Shown here piece after piece: positions 40,803 through 54,884 of a stretch of DNA of 64,000 nt. The position numbers were made by a program, and so were the translations under genes. How positions within the stretch are numbered: the stretch's first letter is position 1; the number at the start of each line of letters is the position of its first letter. The DNA comes from Antedon mediterranea (taxonomy: Eukaryota; Animalia; Echinodermata): assembly GCF_964355755.1 (NCBI RefSeq), contig NC_092680.1:2294001-2358000 (forward strand), read 5' to 3'. The notes beneath the pieces are model-generated. The model was not told where the DNA came from and made no database searches. It saw nothing but the letters and a program-made list of their open reading frames with translations.

Positions 40803-41978
40803 CACTAAACTTTGATGATACAGTAGCACCTGTTGGTAATGTTGGACATATAACATCAACAATTGACCTGGAAATGTCACCTGTATTCCTTTTGATTTAT
40901 AATACCAGTTCTATTATGTCAAATATTCATTTTTTTCCCTCTAATATCCTGTGTATTTGAGATTTCCAGAATATTGTCTTTATTATTTATTGTTTTATTG
41001 CCTCTACTCAGGTGACATCCCTATTAAATGGACACTTTCTTTGAGCATACTCTTAAAAGGGGTTCTACTAAACGAAAAAAATCCTCAAGTGACTCAGTAT
41101 GTGTCAATATGAAAATACTTTTTAAACTGTTTAAAAATATATTTCCCAATTTAAAAGACCCTTTTAAATTCTACTATAACAACATTTAATATATTTTTGT
41201 CATTTATTAGTAATAGTTTAAATACATTGTTATGAAGTAATATATAATTCAAATTTGTTACACTGTACAAACTGGACAGAACTAACCAGTCTAGTCTTTA
41301 CAATTTACTTTTGTTGCGTTTATTATATATAGCCATAACACAATCGAAGAAAATTCTTAACCTTAGTAGGCTATTTGGTGCTGAATAGGTTTTCGACTCC
41401 AGTTCTACGACGTAGAAGAGGAGGATCCCATATGTATGTATGTATGTATTAGTGAATACATCATAATTAAGAAATCATTTCTACTGCGCAGTCCATTGTG
41501 GATTTTGGCGTTTGTAATCGTGGCCTTGGCTTGACGGAGTATCTCACATTTCTTTGTTTGAAGTATCATACATTCATTTAAAACCATTATAATTATGAAG
41601 TATCATTATTTTATGAATCTGATATGGTCAAGCATGCATTAAAATGTAAACTATCCTGCTGACCAATATCGATATGCAAATTCTAAATCATTTTTATAAT
41701 ATTTTCTTATCAGATTTGATCAAATTTCAATCCAATTTGAACACTGATGAGCATACAATAATAATATAAACAATTAACTATTTTTGCAAAATGAGACTTT
41801 TGAAAAGTTTAACAATTTTGTTTAATGTAATAATCTTGGTGAATGGTTAAAATAAGTGCAAAAACAATTTTTTGTGGAAAGAGAACCTTCCAACCAAATT
41901 CTGAATACGGGCTTGAAATCATAACTATGCATTGCAGTTGTGGGTGAGTCTACTCTCCGTGAACAGATTAACGCAGAA

Positions 41979-42116
41979 AGTTTGACCAAAAAAGGGTGAT
42001 GTGCCCAAATATGATAGTGATATGCCCAAATATGGTACTGATATGACATCATCTGGTCCATATATGGGCACACCACATTTTGTTGTCACATAAAGTTTGA
42101 TAGTGTAGACAGAGTT
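41979..42116. mobile_element. MITE family A copy, reverse orientation, one end lost
   Basis: GTGCCCAAATATGATAGTGATATGCCCAAATATGG...AGTTTGATAGTGTAGACAGAG. Confidence 0.85.
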
Positions 42117-42491
42117 TTATAGAAGACAATTGTATTTCATTTTCCTTAGTATTTCATATGAATCTAATGACATTCACACCTTGGGACCCACTACAGTATA
42201 TTTAATGATGTTGATTCCTAAAGGTGACTCGCAGTCAAATTTTACGAGTTTTCAACTTAGTCACCTTATGACATTTACACATACAAAAACATTAACAAAA
42301 CAATAATAATCCAACTTTGTAGAATAAAGAAAATCTTTTCCCGACCATATAAATACATTTTAATGTATTATATAGCGTATTAAGATAATTCAGGTGAATG
42401 GATGCAATGTGAACAGTGAATTAATATTTAAATAAAATTGTCAGATGGCAGTAGTATTAAAAAGTATGGTATTTGCACAAGACCACATATA

Positions 42492-42792
42492 TATTGATCA
42501 TGATCAGCATAGCGGCATGTTCACACAAATATCATGAGTATATTGATCAAGATAAATACAATCAATTGTTTACATGAAACATCATGAGTACATTGAACAT
42601 AATCAACACTGGCTCACGTTCATGTAAAAGAACATTATTATTATTATTATTATTGATCATGTTCAGCATAGCGGCAGGTTCACATAAACATCATGAGTAT
42701 ATTGATCAAGATAAATTCAAGCAATTGTTCATCATGATCAACACTTGCTCAAGTTCACACTAAAGAGCATTGATTGATCACAATCAGCATAG
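42492..42792. repeat. Complex ~160-bp duplication of TTGATCA-rich subunits
   Basis: CAGCATAGCGGCA x3 and ATCATGAGTATATTGATCAAGATAAAT x2. Confidence 0.8.
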
Positions 42793-43265
42793 CGGCAACA
42801 TACTGCGTTGATCATAGTAAACTCTGAATGTGAACGTAGTTTATGACAAATTACATCCTACATTATCTCATTATTTAATGACAACAAACATATGCTTTAG
42901 TTACTATTATTAGCACCTTTATAACCTGCCATACCAAATGCTTCAAACTTGTCATAAAGAACCCTTATTTTTAAACTTTACATGGTAATCTAAATATTTT
43001 TTATTTGAAAAATCTACTTAAAGTTAAATGTTTAAGTGAACCAATCCACCTCATTATCACAACATGGTTCAAAGTGGCTAGACAGAATGAACAAATGCAA
43101 CTGAGAAAACTTGTTTACCAATTTGCTTCATCTGGGTGGTTGTGATTGAGTGGGTACGATTGCAAAATGTGGAGAGCAGTTTACCAAACGTGCAGAGTTG
43201 GTGTACGAATCTTACAATTTATGTACGCTAATATAGTTTACTTGTGTTGCTGTTTTGTTATATTT

Positions 43266-43916
43266 GAGAGAAGAAAAGGGGAGAGAAGAGGAAAGGGAGA
43301 AACGAGAAAGAGAGAAAAGGAAAGGAAAGAAAAAAAGGAAGGAGAAAAGGAAGAGGACAGAAGAAAAAAAGAGAGAAAATAAGAGAGAAGAAGAGTAGAG
43401 AAGATGAAATGGGAGAGAAGTGGAAGAAGAAGAGAGGAGGTGAGAAGAAGAAAGAGAGATGGTGAAAAGGTGAGAAGAGATAGAAATGAGGAAAAGAGGA
43501 GGGAAAAGAAGGAAGGAAGGAGAGATAAGAGGAAGAAACGGGAGAGAAAAGAAGGTGAGAGAAGAAAAGGAGAGAAGAAAAGAAAAGGAGAGAAGAGAAG
43601 AAAAGGAGAAAGAAGGGAAGGGGAAAAGCAGAGAAGAGGAATTGGAGAGAAGAAGAGAAGTGGAAATTTAACCAGAAAAAATTAGAGAGAAGAGGAAGAG
43701 AGAGAAGAAAAGAAATGAAGGAGAAGAAAAGGAGAGAAGAAAAATGATTGAGAAGGGAAGGGGATAGAAGAAGAAGAGGAAAGAAGAGGAAGGAGAGAGG
43801 AGATAAAAGGAAGGAGATAAAAGAGAAAGGAAAGGAAAAGGAAAAGTAGAAGAAGAGGAAGGGGAAGAAAAAAGAAGGGGAAAGATGAAGAAAGAAGAGG
43901 AAGCAGAGAGAAGAGA
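43266..43916 (+). repeat. ~650-bp polypurine (GA-rich) low-complexity tract
   Basis: Almost exclusively A/G on the plus strand. Produces the spurious R/E/K and L/S/F ORFs. Confidence 0.95.
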
Positions 43917-45870
43917 ATGTTCATGTCAAATTAATATAAGTTAACAATTCTAAATTATACTTTTTCATTACAAAAAATGCCACTATTAAATATATCATTA
44001 AATATATTGTATTGTAGAATACAATTACAGTAAATCCTTATATTCTGTCATCTTATATAATATTCCGATCTAAAAAAAAACCGACAGAAAGTCATCAGTT
44101 ATATTTTTCCAAATAAAAAATAGGCGACTTATTGATAGTTTATACATCAAAGCTTTGGCTTAGCTTTGTGAAAGACCTCAAAGCAATTAGCATTAGATAG
44201 GAAGATAACCTCTACAGGGACTCTAACAAGTTTCCATGAGCTTAGCGGCAATGTGTTAATGACACTCCCCCAATATTACCCGGACTTGATATAGGATTTG
44301 TCTCATTTCCAAATGACTTGCTTTTGATCTCGTTAATTATCCGCGCGTGTCATCTAATGGCTAACTCTGCGAGAATAATTTTTCTGTTTTAGTATGAATT
44401 TCCGAAATGATATTGAAGGTGAAAAGGGTACGGCATTAAAATTTATCAAGCATAGTTTTGAAAACAGAATTATATTTGAATGATATAATATACAAAAAAA
44501 CATTTAATAAATTTATTATGAAACAATTTTAGTATTAAATACTGCACTTTTAGAATGTAATTAATGTAACTGTATACATGAAAGTATTCATATATATTTA
44601 AAGATATACAAGTTACACAAATATTAAATAATAAAAACATTATTGTCTGGATATTAAGTATAGCATACTGTGACGAGGAGAAGTAGAACCGGACAAGTAA
44701 AAGTACTTTAGTCACATGACCAATGCTTGTACTTTTTGGCTGCAAGAAGCCAAATAACTAGGTCACATTGGTGACCTTTTGTGTGTTTATTTATTGTGTA
44801 GTTCAAGTGAACTAATCAGTACTATGAGACCATACTATAAGACATTGTATGTATTATACCAATCAGTTTTCTTAAGCAATATTGACCTAATGATGTAGAA
44901 TATAATGAAAGGTCATTATGTTAGTTTGGCAAGTGGTCAAGATGGACATTGTAGGATCAATTACACTTCATAGTTTGGCAAGTGGTCAATAATATAATAT
45001 TAGCTGGTATTACAATAAAAAGAACCTTTCTCAACTTTAATCTTTTCTGGAATCACATGCTTGATGTACTGCACACATTATTTTAGTTCTTTATCAATTT
45101 TATGTGAAACCTCTGCATATATTTCATTGATAAATAAACTGTAAACAACTTGAAAAACAAAGTTGGTGTTAAAAAAATAGTATTATACTTTTAAGTTGTA
45201 CTTGACAATAATTTTTTCATTTTGTAAATAAATAATAATAATAAAATAATTCAAATAAATATTCATTTTTACAGCTGTGTGTATCCTTTTGTTTTTCTGT
45301 GAATCGCTGACCAAAATAAATTTCCAATCTGCGAAATTGTAACCATCTTTTTAAAAAGAAACATCAATTACTTGTCTAATCAATATGCAATGTGCAAAAC
45401 CATCTTGATATGCTAGACTAATCAATTGATTTAATGATTGAATTTGGTAATTAAAGCGATAAAAAAATAAACACAATTGAGATTATTGTCAATATAGGTT
45501 AATGGCGAGTAGTGTGTTGCCTGCAAAATGGAAGAAAAAATAAATACTTTGAGAGGTTATAGTACTTTTGATATATGTGTGGCGATTTTGAAAAAAAAAT
45601 TATATTGATAACTTAAATTGTATTTAATTAAATACATTACTGTACAGTTATGATTTGTCAAAAGAATCGAATATCAAACATTAGGAACGGCAGTGTGATG
45701 TTAAAAAGCTGAGGTAAACTTTACAACATTCGGTAAACATGAATTTTCCCATTTTGTTTGAATGAAACCCTGGGTTAACAATGTACCCAGATATTTTATG
45801 TTTTTTTCACACAAAACAAATTGTAAACTGGTTTATTATTAAATAAATATTAATACAAAATGATTTATTT

Positions 45871-45981
45871 GGGGGTAGAAATGGGGGGTGGGTAGAAATG
45901 GGGGGTGGGTAGAAATGGGGGGTGGGTAGAAATGGGGGGTGGGTAGAAATGGGGGGTGGGTAGGAATGGGGGGTGGGTAGG
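45871..45981 (+). repeat. 17-bp G-rich minisatellite x6 (GGGGGGTGGGTAGAAAT)
   Basis: Near-identical tandem units with 13 G-runs of 3 or more. Confidence 0.95.
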
Positions 45982-46024
45982 AAAACGAGAGAGAGATTCT
46001 TTGAATAAGTATGTATGTTTTATC

Positions 46025-46101
46025 GAGGGCCTTGAATGATCAGTTCTATAAGGAACTGGATAGGCTACCCTCAGTAAATATGGTAATAAATAAATAAATA
46101 A
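46025..46101 (+). mobile_element. LINE/SINE 3' terminal stem-loop with (TAAA)n tail
   Basis: GAGGG...AATGATCAG...CTGGAT...ACCCTCA.TAAATATGGT is shared with the SINE tail at 25098-25152. Confidence 0.65.
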
Positions 46102-48898
46102 GCCAACCAGCTAAATCGAACTAAAAATGAGGTAAGAAATAATTGTTATTTTGATGCTAAATACTTTTATTCTGAAAGTAGGTTTATGTTTGGAGGCCAA
46201 ACTAAATGACTACGTTATAAAAATTGTTTTCTTCTATATTTCTTATTTGAAAATTAGTCCCAAATAGTATTTTATAATATACCAAGATTTTATGGCTCAG
46301 TTAATAGCGTTTACCCTCTTTGTAATCTACTAAATGAGATCAAATGCATAGAATAGAAATTATTTGAAGCTTCAGGATAAAAAAAAACAATTGTCCTCAA
46401 TTTCAAGCACAACAATTTTATTCCAACAATACAATTTCAATTTTATTTTATCTGAATTTTGCCTCTGGGCTTGCAATTTAAAATTACAAATGAAAATGTT
46501 AACCCAGCGTGACCCCCTTTTTGATCTAAGGCCAGACAGTCAAACATGTCAAGGCCGTGACCCACTTCGTGGGGATGTCATTAGTTCTTGTACTCTTTGA
46601 CTTATTAAAAGAATCCATTGTTACGACCAATGCTATAGAAAATTAATGACAATTTTCCAGACATTTTATAAATAGGAAATGCTATTTATAGGTATTGATT
46701 TTATGATAAAATAAGGTAAAGTGGAGAAAAACGAACAGTAGATTTTATTGGTTTTTATACTTTATGTTAAAATTTTAATAAGCTTCTAATATCCCTACGT
46801 GTGGACAGTCAATTTCTTTTTTTAAATGAAGGTAGTTGCAATCTGGAAGAGCAGTTTATAGATGGCGCACACTACAGTTTCGTTAACAATCTTTCACGAA
46901 CCTAGAACATTGCAGCTCAAAAAAGCTTGCAATGGCACAAATAATTTTGTGATAGATGGAATGTTATATTTCTATGAGGCAAAGTCTAGCATTGTATCAC
47001 ACATTCCAATTGCTCATTGTGAAACAAGAACGAACCACATATAGGGCCTGTTTCTATTGAAAAATTAAAAAATAATGTTTTTTTTGGAAACCGGTTTCGG
47101 CAGTTGTTTGTAAATAAAGATTGCGTTACAGCTCAATTTTAACTCCAATACCATGTGCGTTCGTAAGGCAGAAGTGCGATTGGATTGAGGTCATGTTGAC
47201 TTTTTTTCGCATAGCGCGATCCCCAAGAATTGCATCCATTTTGTCATAGAAGGGGCAGGTAATCCTGTCATTATTACGCAAACCACATATAACAAAATTT
47301 CACTTGCAAAATCACCAAAATTATGGAATATTTAAGAATATTACTCAGGTGTGTTTATAGTGGGAGAAAATAATACAATGCCCATGATAACAAACTATTT
47401 ATCAAATGGCAAGGATACGTACAATCACGCAAAGTAAGGAAGATTACAAAAGAATCTAACTTTTGCAGCAACAAACTGTGTTCCATTTAGGCTTAAGAAT
47501 AAAAACTGGACATGGAATATAGCAAATCAAAAAAACTGTCATTTCCATTGTGGAGTTTGTAAGCCCATGGGGCATAAAGCATTATAATATAACATAATTG
47601 GAAGCAATCATAGTTGTATAATAAAACATTATTATGTTGTTTATCAGATCTGAGGTCACCAAAAGTAGGTTAATAATATGTAGTGAATTCTGCCTGGAAC
47701 CATACCTTTGGTACCAGTTAGACTCAAGATCTGAGCACTAAAAGCAACAACAAAAAATCGGATCTGACTCAGAAAAATAACAATGAACACAATATTTCCC
47801 CTAGAATTGTTATAAAAGAGCGTGTCAACAATATTTACTTTATTGAAGAATTAAAAGAAAGAATCATTTTTTTCCCCAAAGTTAATTGAATTTCTCCAAA
47901 TCTTTAAACAAAACAAACATGTGTTTACTGTGTCATCTCTTCTCCTTTAACATTCATGGACAGACAGACAGACAAACAGACAGAGCAGCCTTTAGGAAAA
48001 CAGAGCTAATATTAAAGCACCACATACAAATTGGAAATATCAAATTGTTTGTGACATTTGTAATAATAATTGAAAGGGTAGATGTTTGTTACATATCTCT
48101 TGCTAATGTTTTGCTAATTATAAGTTCTCACTTCAACATTACGACCTTGGCCGATAGCATATATCACCATTCAAAACCAAAAGTTGTAACATCTTTTTAA
48201 CCAAATATGACAACACTTTACAAAAAATATGAAATACGGTCACATGTTTAGCTAGCCTATACAGTGAAACCACTTTACACTTACTAACAATTGGGGGAAA
48301 ATAATGGAATAGTCAACCCCTATGGAGGGGATACTTTGTTGGGTCTCAAAGATGTTTCTTTTACGGTTTTATTGCATCAACAAGTTCTGGTTTCTTTCTT
48401 TCTTAATAACGTATCTGTATCTTACTGCCTTCGTTCATAACCTCATAATCTTTTTTGAGATTTTAAAATTAAAGTAAAATTTAATTATGATTTTTTATGA
48501 TTTATGTTTTTAAAAAAACAGTCTATATTATCATATATAAATGTATCGGGTTTATTCAATCATATTTTTATAAAAAATTGTAATCTATTAGGTTTCCGTT
48601 GATGAATAAACATGTATATCTATATACAGTCCCAAGGTCAGATTTCATTCAACAAACTCTATTGAAAGACCTTGGAAAAGACACGTTTTATACTAAATCT
48701 AAATTTCTTTCAAATAAAGTTATTTTATGTTCGTAATAACTAATACAATAGAAGTTATTGTTTGGGACATCCCTATATTTACCAGTTGTTAAGGGGACAT
48801 TCTCATGAGAAACAAACCAGTGGAAATACATATATTTTAACACTACGACTAACCCATATATAGGAGGAAACCCATATTCAGGGGCAATTCCCCTATTA

Positions 48899-49025
48899 AA
48901 GGTTGGTTCCCACTAGGACGTAAAGCAACGATGTAAGTAATTCAACCAATCACAAGTGATGGATTATCTAAATTTTCGCTTGTGATTAGTCAACTCCCTT
49001 GCATTGCGTCGTGGGAACCAAGCTT
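48899..49025. mobile_element. MITE family B copy, palindromic, Harbinger-like
   Basis: AAGGTTGGTTCCCAC...GTGGGAACCAAGCTT TIRs with an internal inverted CCAATCACAAG/CTTGTGATTAG pair. Confidence 0.8.
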
Positions 49026-50878
49026 TAGGCGCACTTTTGCAGGACACAAACAAGGTTGTTAGGTTCTAAAGATATCCTCTTAATATTGATTGAAACAAAT
49101 TTCTATCAATACCAAAAAAACTAGTACAATGTGCATAAAATGGAAATGTTTGAATGACCTTCCAACTATTTATAGATTGTTAGACTATTCATAAAAATTC
49201 ATCAACCTGAGGGTAATAGAAATTACTTCAATAAAAAATATATATGCATCTTAATATTTTAAGTTTCATAATTTAAACTTTGACCCTAATTTTCGCTAAA
49301 ATATGTAAAATAGTATTAAGGCATGTAAAAATATGAAAACGTGATAATAACAATTGTGAAAATATATAGTACAGTAGTAGTTAAATCTACATTATTTAAG
49401 GTTTTTTATGCATTTAATGAGGTGAAAGGGTATATGGAACAAACTCAAGTTCAATCTCCATTTAAATATACAAATAATATAACTATAGGCTTACTATTAT
49501 TATGTGCAGTTGAATGAATGTGTAAAAATTAGGTTTTATTCCATTTTATATATTTCATCAAACTTTTGTTCCTGAGAAAATTAGAAAACAATGGAATTCA
49601 TGAGTTACCACAGGTTACTGTAGTATACACATGAATGAAAGGATTATTGTTTGTCTGTCTGTCTGTCTGTCCCAAGGAGGGGTTTTACTTTATTGTAAAG
49701 TAATAAATTATAATTTTGCTGTTCATCATAAGCAAAAGTTTGGATATTGATTTATTTTATGATAGTTTAAATGTATTTAAGGGTAACATTGTTAAATCTC
49801 TATAATGTTCCAATCTTTGTTTATGTTATTGTTGCTTATTTGAATGTATTATATAGTTTATTATGTTTATATTCAACCTGTTAGTGGCGGTTTCATCGCT
49901 GTTGGTTGTGAACTGAATAAAATAAATAAATAAAAAGAAGCCTCACTCCTATTTTATTTTGTCTCAACTTTTCATTCAGGCTAAAATGATGAAGTCTTAA
50001 ATGCGGCGGAAAGTGAGGAAGTTGAACATAATACAATCAAAACATCAATTTATTATTTTACAGTCAAGACTTCCCCCATATTGCAAACATAACACCTGCA
50101 CTAATGTCACTATGTCTACTCTATTGTTACACGGAAAAACATCATCTTTTCTCAGCTAGTCAAATATATCAACATCTATGCTATTTATTTCTAGAAAAAT
50201 GTGGAAAAGTATTTATATAATTTAAAATAATGTAAACATTTTATCTGATTCTCTGCAAAAATAGTTTTAATTGTTATTTCAAAATGATTTAAGTACTGTC
50301 TTTAAATAGCGCAGTGTAGTAAACCATATCCTTTTTTTTTTGCGACTAGAAGAATCTAATTACATTAGAACAAAATGTCACTATAACGTTATTCTTTTCT
50401 TCTTGTAGGAATACATTTTTAAAATCTTGAATTCTGAAAGGAAATTTTTTCATGAATGAAAAAATTAGCTTTATCAAAAATGACCCACATCATTAATAGC
50501 AACAAATACAAAACAATATGATTAAGTCACACATTATATATAGGACAATAATGTTGTTTACAAGAACAAAATCTACGCAAAAATACAGTATTTACAGGTT
50601 TAATTGCAAGGTCGCAATATGTAGGGCTGTTGATTTAAAGGAAAACAGAAACTTTGTATTGTGTGATACAATATATGACGTAAACATTGGCACAATTAGT
50701 GTAATTAGGGTATTGGAGATTAATTTGTTTTCATTAATCTTAATCTCATGTATTCATTTTGGACAAACATTACTATTGCAGAAATGTTTGTTGTTGCATC
50801 TGATTAGTTTCTAGATAGAAATTTGATATACATTTATCCTCACACAGCATTAGTATTTGTTAAATAGTTCTCTCTAAA

Positions 50879-51223
50879 TAAAAGTAAGACTTCATTTGTT
50901 CCCAAACATAACCCTGTCTCAATGTTTCCCTCTTAAAAGGATATAGGTGTATATTATATTTAATAGGAAATATCTTATAGGGAATTTTCTATCTTATTTC
51001 TTGTGATTGTTCTACTTGTTACTGGCCAAAGGGGGCTATTATATTTAAATTGTTAACAATTTCTTTCTAAAAGTAAGACTTCATGTTTTTTCGAAGATAA
51101 CCCTGTCTCAATGTTTCCCTCTAAGAAAATATAGGTGTATATTATATTTAATAGGAAATATCTTATAGGGAATTTTCTATCTTATTTCTTGTGATTGTTC
51201 TACTTGTTCCTGGCCAAAGGGGG
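50879..51223. repeat. Tandem duplication, period ~189 bp
   Basis: AAAGTAAGACTTCAT...ATAACCCTGTCTCAATGTTTCCCTCT...CTGGCCAAAGGGG occurs twice. Confidence 0.92.
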
Positions 51224-52666
51224 TATATACATTTTTACATTAAATAACAACCTAAGTTTAAAGTTTAAGCAACAAAAAATGTAAAGTGACAGGTAACATG
51301 TACATGAATTGATCCAAAGTGTCACAAAGTCAGTCTGTGAGAAACAACTCAGTACCCTGATGAAGTGATACTCTGCCCCAGGGTTGTGTAAGGTGTGATA
51401 GGCCTACAAAGAGTTTACAGGTACCTCAAGCCTGGGACACAGGTGAACATGCTACGATATGGACAGGTGAGATAGCAAGTGTAAGATTCACACAGCCTTC
51501 TTGTGCAACGAGACACCTATGGGGTGCTTTGCTGTACCCCTAGGGGTGAAACTAAACACATCATGTCTCAGTTGGCTACAGGTCTTTTTTAAACACAACT
51601 CTTAATAAGCGCCCACTTTCCTAGTTTATGCTGTTTACACACACCAGGTTTTATCTGTTAGCAATTTGTAACAACTTGTTATACACTTTGTATATTCTGT
51701 CTTGTCTATCTATCAAATATTGACATATAATAACAGAGATCTAATATTGAATTTTTATTGATTTGTTTTAGGTAATTAATTTACTGTGATTCAATTTCAT
51801 ATATCTGTCAGGATTCAAGTAAATAATATGATTTGATGAAATAAACATTCAAGATTATTTAATAAATACACTAAATAATAAATTATGAAATATGAATTAA
51901 ATGTAACTAATACTATATACTTTTTTTACATACAGTATAAATTGTAGACATGATCTACAGAAAAATAGCATTATAATAAAATTAAAATAGTTATTTAAAT
52001 AAAGATAAAACAATTTTTGTTCAAGGCCATTTTAATGTCACATAACAATTAAAAAGAGTTAATAAAAATTTAATTTACTGAAAGGAAGTAGAATTATATT
52101 GATAAGTTTGTACATTTTGTTTATAAAAAGATTTTTTTTGCTTAAATTTACTGACTATTATTGCTCTTTATTACCCCTTCCTTCTTTAAGAGAGTTTTAC
52201 TAATTATTTCTTTTTATTTCACACCACATACAGAAGTTTTGATGACAGATTATCATGATTTCCGGACATTTTTATCATTATTTGTTGATAAACATAGTTT
52301 TAACGCCAAATGTAGATCATCAAAAATCTTTACTTGCACCAAAAAAATAAATTATGATAACATCATAAAATTACTACCAAGGGCAAAATAAACATATAAA
52401 ACTGATTATATAATCATTAAACTAATTACGATTGAAACTAGTACATCGTGTAATGAAATATTGTAAAAAGCTGAAAAGTGTATGAGAAATTAATAGGGTC
52501 ATGATAGATGCCTATTAGTGAGGTTATAACCCTTGAATCGTTTTAGCCAGACCAAAGATTTTATAGCAACACTTAATGTTGACCTATTCAACCCATTCTG
52601 TATATAAACTTAACATAACTAATTATTTGTTAATGTGATAAGTTTATTTTGTGTTGAAAACCATCT

Positions 52667-52800
52667 ACCCACAATGTAGTTGATATCATTTCCCACAATG
52701 CAGTTGACATAATTACCCACAATAAAGTTTGATACATTACCCACAATGCAGTTGACATAATTACCCACAATAAAGTTGATACATTACCCACAATGAAGTT
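52667..52800. repeat. ~24-bp minisatellite x6 (ACCCACAATGCAGTTGACATAATT)
   Basis: CCCACAAT...AGTT is repeated six times. Confidence 0.9.
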
Positions 52801-53831
52801 TAAATGTGTGAAAATAAATTACAGATGAAAATTAAAGAGCAGAATTTGGTGTTGAAGCAACCGATTGGTTAATTGTTTTAATTGGTTAATTAAAAGTTTA
52901 TTTAACAGGAATAGGAATCAATACAAAAAAGAATGAATTAAGAATCAGTAAAAACAGGGCCACATTAATATTTCAGCATGACCTATTCTATGTTAAATGT
53001 TTTTCTCAACCTATCCCCTGTGGGACAGCTGAATACATACGTTTTAGTCCGCATTGAGGTTGTACCAACCGTCGCACTAAATACTCTAATCCTAATTCGC
53101 AGATGGAGATTATGGTTGAAGATAACATCTTAGATTCCTCTAATTGGGCTGACAATCAAGACTTTCTCATAAACTCTCATAATTATCACATTATTTGTAG
53201 ATTATATTTGAGGCAATCTAATTGCTTGTACTCGTGTCTGACACAAATAAACTGTTATTGTGTTCTACATTTTGAACTAATTATACTTAATGTAAGCTTT
53301 AGGAATTGACTTTACTATTTAAATATCCTATCTTTTATGACACTTAATAGTCAATTAATTGAAAAATAATATTTTAAATCATCCATTAGAAATTAATGAC
53401 GTTATTACTATTACGCAAGAGTATTTGATAGATTTTTCTTGGTAATTGTGACACCCTTTTAAAATTCGGAATCTATGTCATTCTCTTTTTTATTGAAAGT
53501 TGAATGGGTACAAAAGTATCCAGCATTGGCTATTGGCTCAGGTCATATTATTCTAATTTTGATTTTGATATGACCCTAGTACCTCTGTTCAGCCCCCTAT
53601 TCTAAATACCCTATTTACATTCTGCTGCTAACTTCAAATAAAGTGCCATGTATTACAATCTATTTGGTTTTGCTATCTATTAAAAATGGTATCCTGGCGT
53701 TAAAGTCATTAAACTCATCACAATTATTTCTATGGTCTTGTTGATGAGAAAATAATGATCAAGGCAGGAAGAAGTAATTCATGAACTCTTCAGCTTCTTT
53801 GAACCTTTTCATTGTTAGTATTATAGTTTTA

Positions 53832-53983
53832 AGCTCTGTTTACACTATCAAACTTTATGTGACAAAACAATGCCCATATATGGGCATGATGATGTCATAT
53901 CATTACCATATTTGGGCATATCACTAACATTTGGGCACATCATACTTGTTTTGTTAAACTAGTTTGATAGTGCAGACAGAGTT
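53832..53983. mobile_element. MITE family A copy
   Basis: TTA+AGCTCTGTTTACACTATCAAACT...AGTTTGATAGTGCAGACAGAG. Confidence 0.88.
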
Positions 53984-54884
53984 GTACAGAAAACTTTGCA
54001 AAGGTATCAATTTATATATTTATCTAATTTATATAAAATAAGATCTTTTAAGGGAGTGCTAACGTATAATATTAATAGTCTGTCAAAAAGTAGTATATAG
54101 TTGCTAATTTCACTTTAGCCGTCAAAAGGAGCAGCGCACGACCTTAGCGTTCCCCTGGAGCCACCCCTGGTATTATACTACCTAACCTTACTCCCTTCCC
54201 ATGTAGGCCTACCTCTTATACCCATTAACTACATTTGAATACTCCTTGTATAACTACACATTTTACTAGTACACCATGAAGAAAAAGGCATCCTTATCAA
54301 ATACCTGAAACTTCATGTTTAATGCTATACAAGCATCTCCTCCAAACATCTAGCTGCCAATTCTCACTCTGTTTTAGTTTTCTCTCTGTTTTATTCTTTA
54401 AAATACTACTTGCTACATACTCTGTTACATAGATGTTTAAATAAAGTAGTAAATAATATTATCAATTATTATTTCTATTTTAATCTTAGGTTTATTATTA
54501 TTATTCCTAAAAAAATGAATGTCACTTTTCAACCTTGCGTACAGACGTGACATACTTCTTATCTTGTAAATGGTTAATAACTAAGGGTCATATTAAAATA
54601 AGAAGATTGCACAGTATTAGCAATTCAAATACATTAGATGCAATTTACTGGTGGTCTAATTAAGCACAAAACACAATATACTCTAGTTCCAATCAATTGG
54701 GTCCCTATTTGCAATCATTCTCCTGTAATTATTCGTCTAGACAAGATATGACACGATCTATAAAGAATATAAAAGGTTTATAATAATAATAGTAACTGTT
54801 TACCAATGAAGTTACTAATAAATTAAAAAAACAATAATTATCTTTCAATAGAACCATTATATGAACAAAAAAATCAGATTGTTA

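Noticed and set aside
39224-42076. Similar short ORFs containing YMDMMMSYHYHIW (also 33415, 54979)
   Set aside because: Translations of MITE family A internal sequence, not a gene family.
43146-43924. R/E/K-rich ORFs and a possible RPGR ORF15-like exon
   Set aside because: The purine-rich strand is antisense to the RCC1 gene, and the frames contain stops. Low-complexity artefact.
51357-51364. Hammerhead ribozyme core CTGATGA
   Set aside because: No stem II followed by GAAA at the proper spacing. The same applies to the other CTGANGA hits I checked.
54549-54560. miR-1-like arm (ACATACTTCTT)
   Set aside because: No complementary mature arm nearby. I recognised no conserved miRNA in the window.
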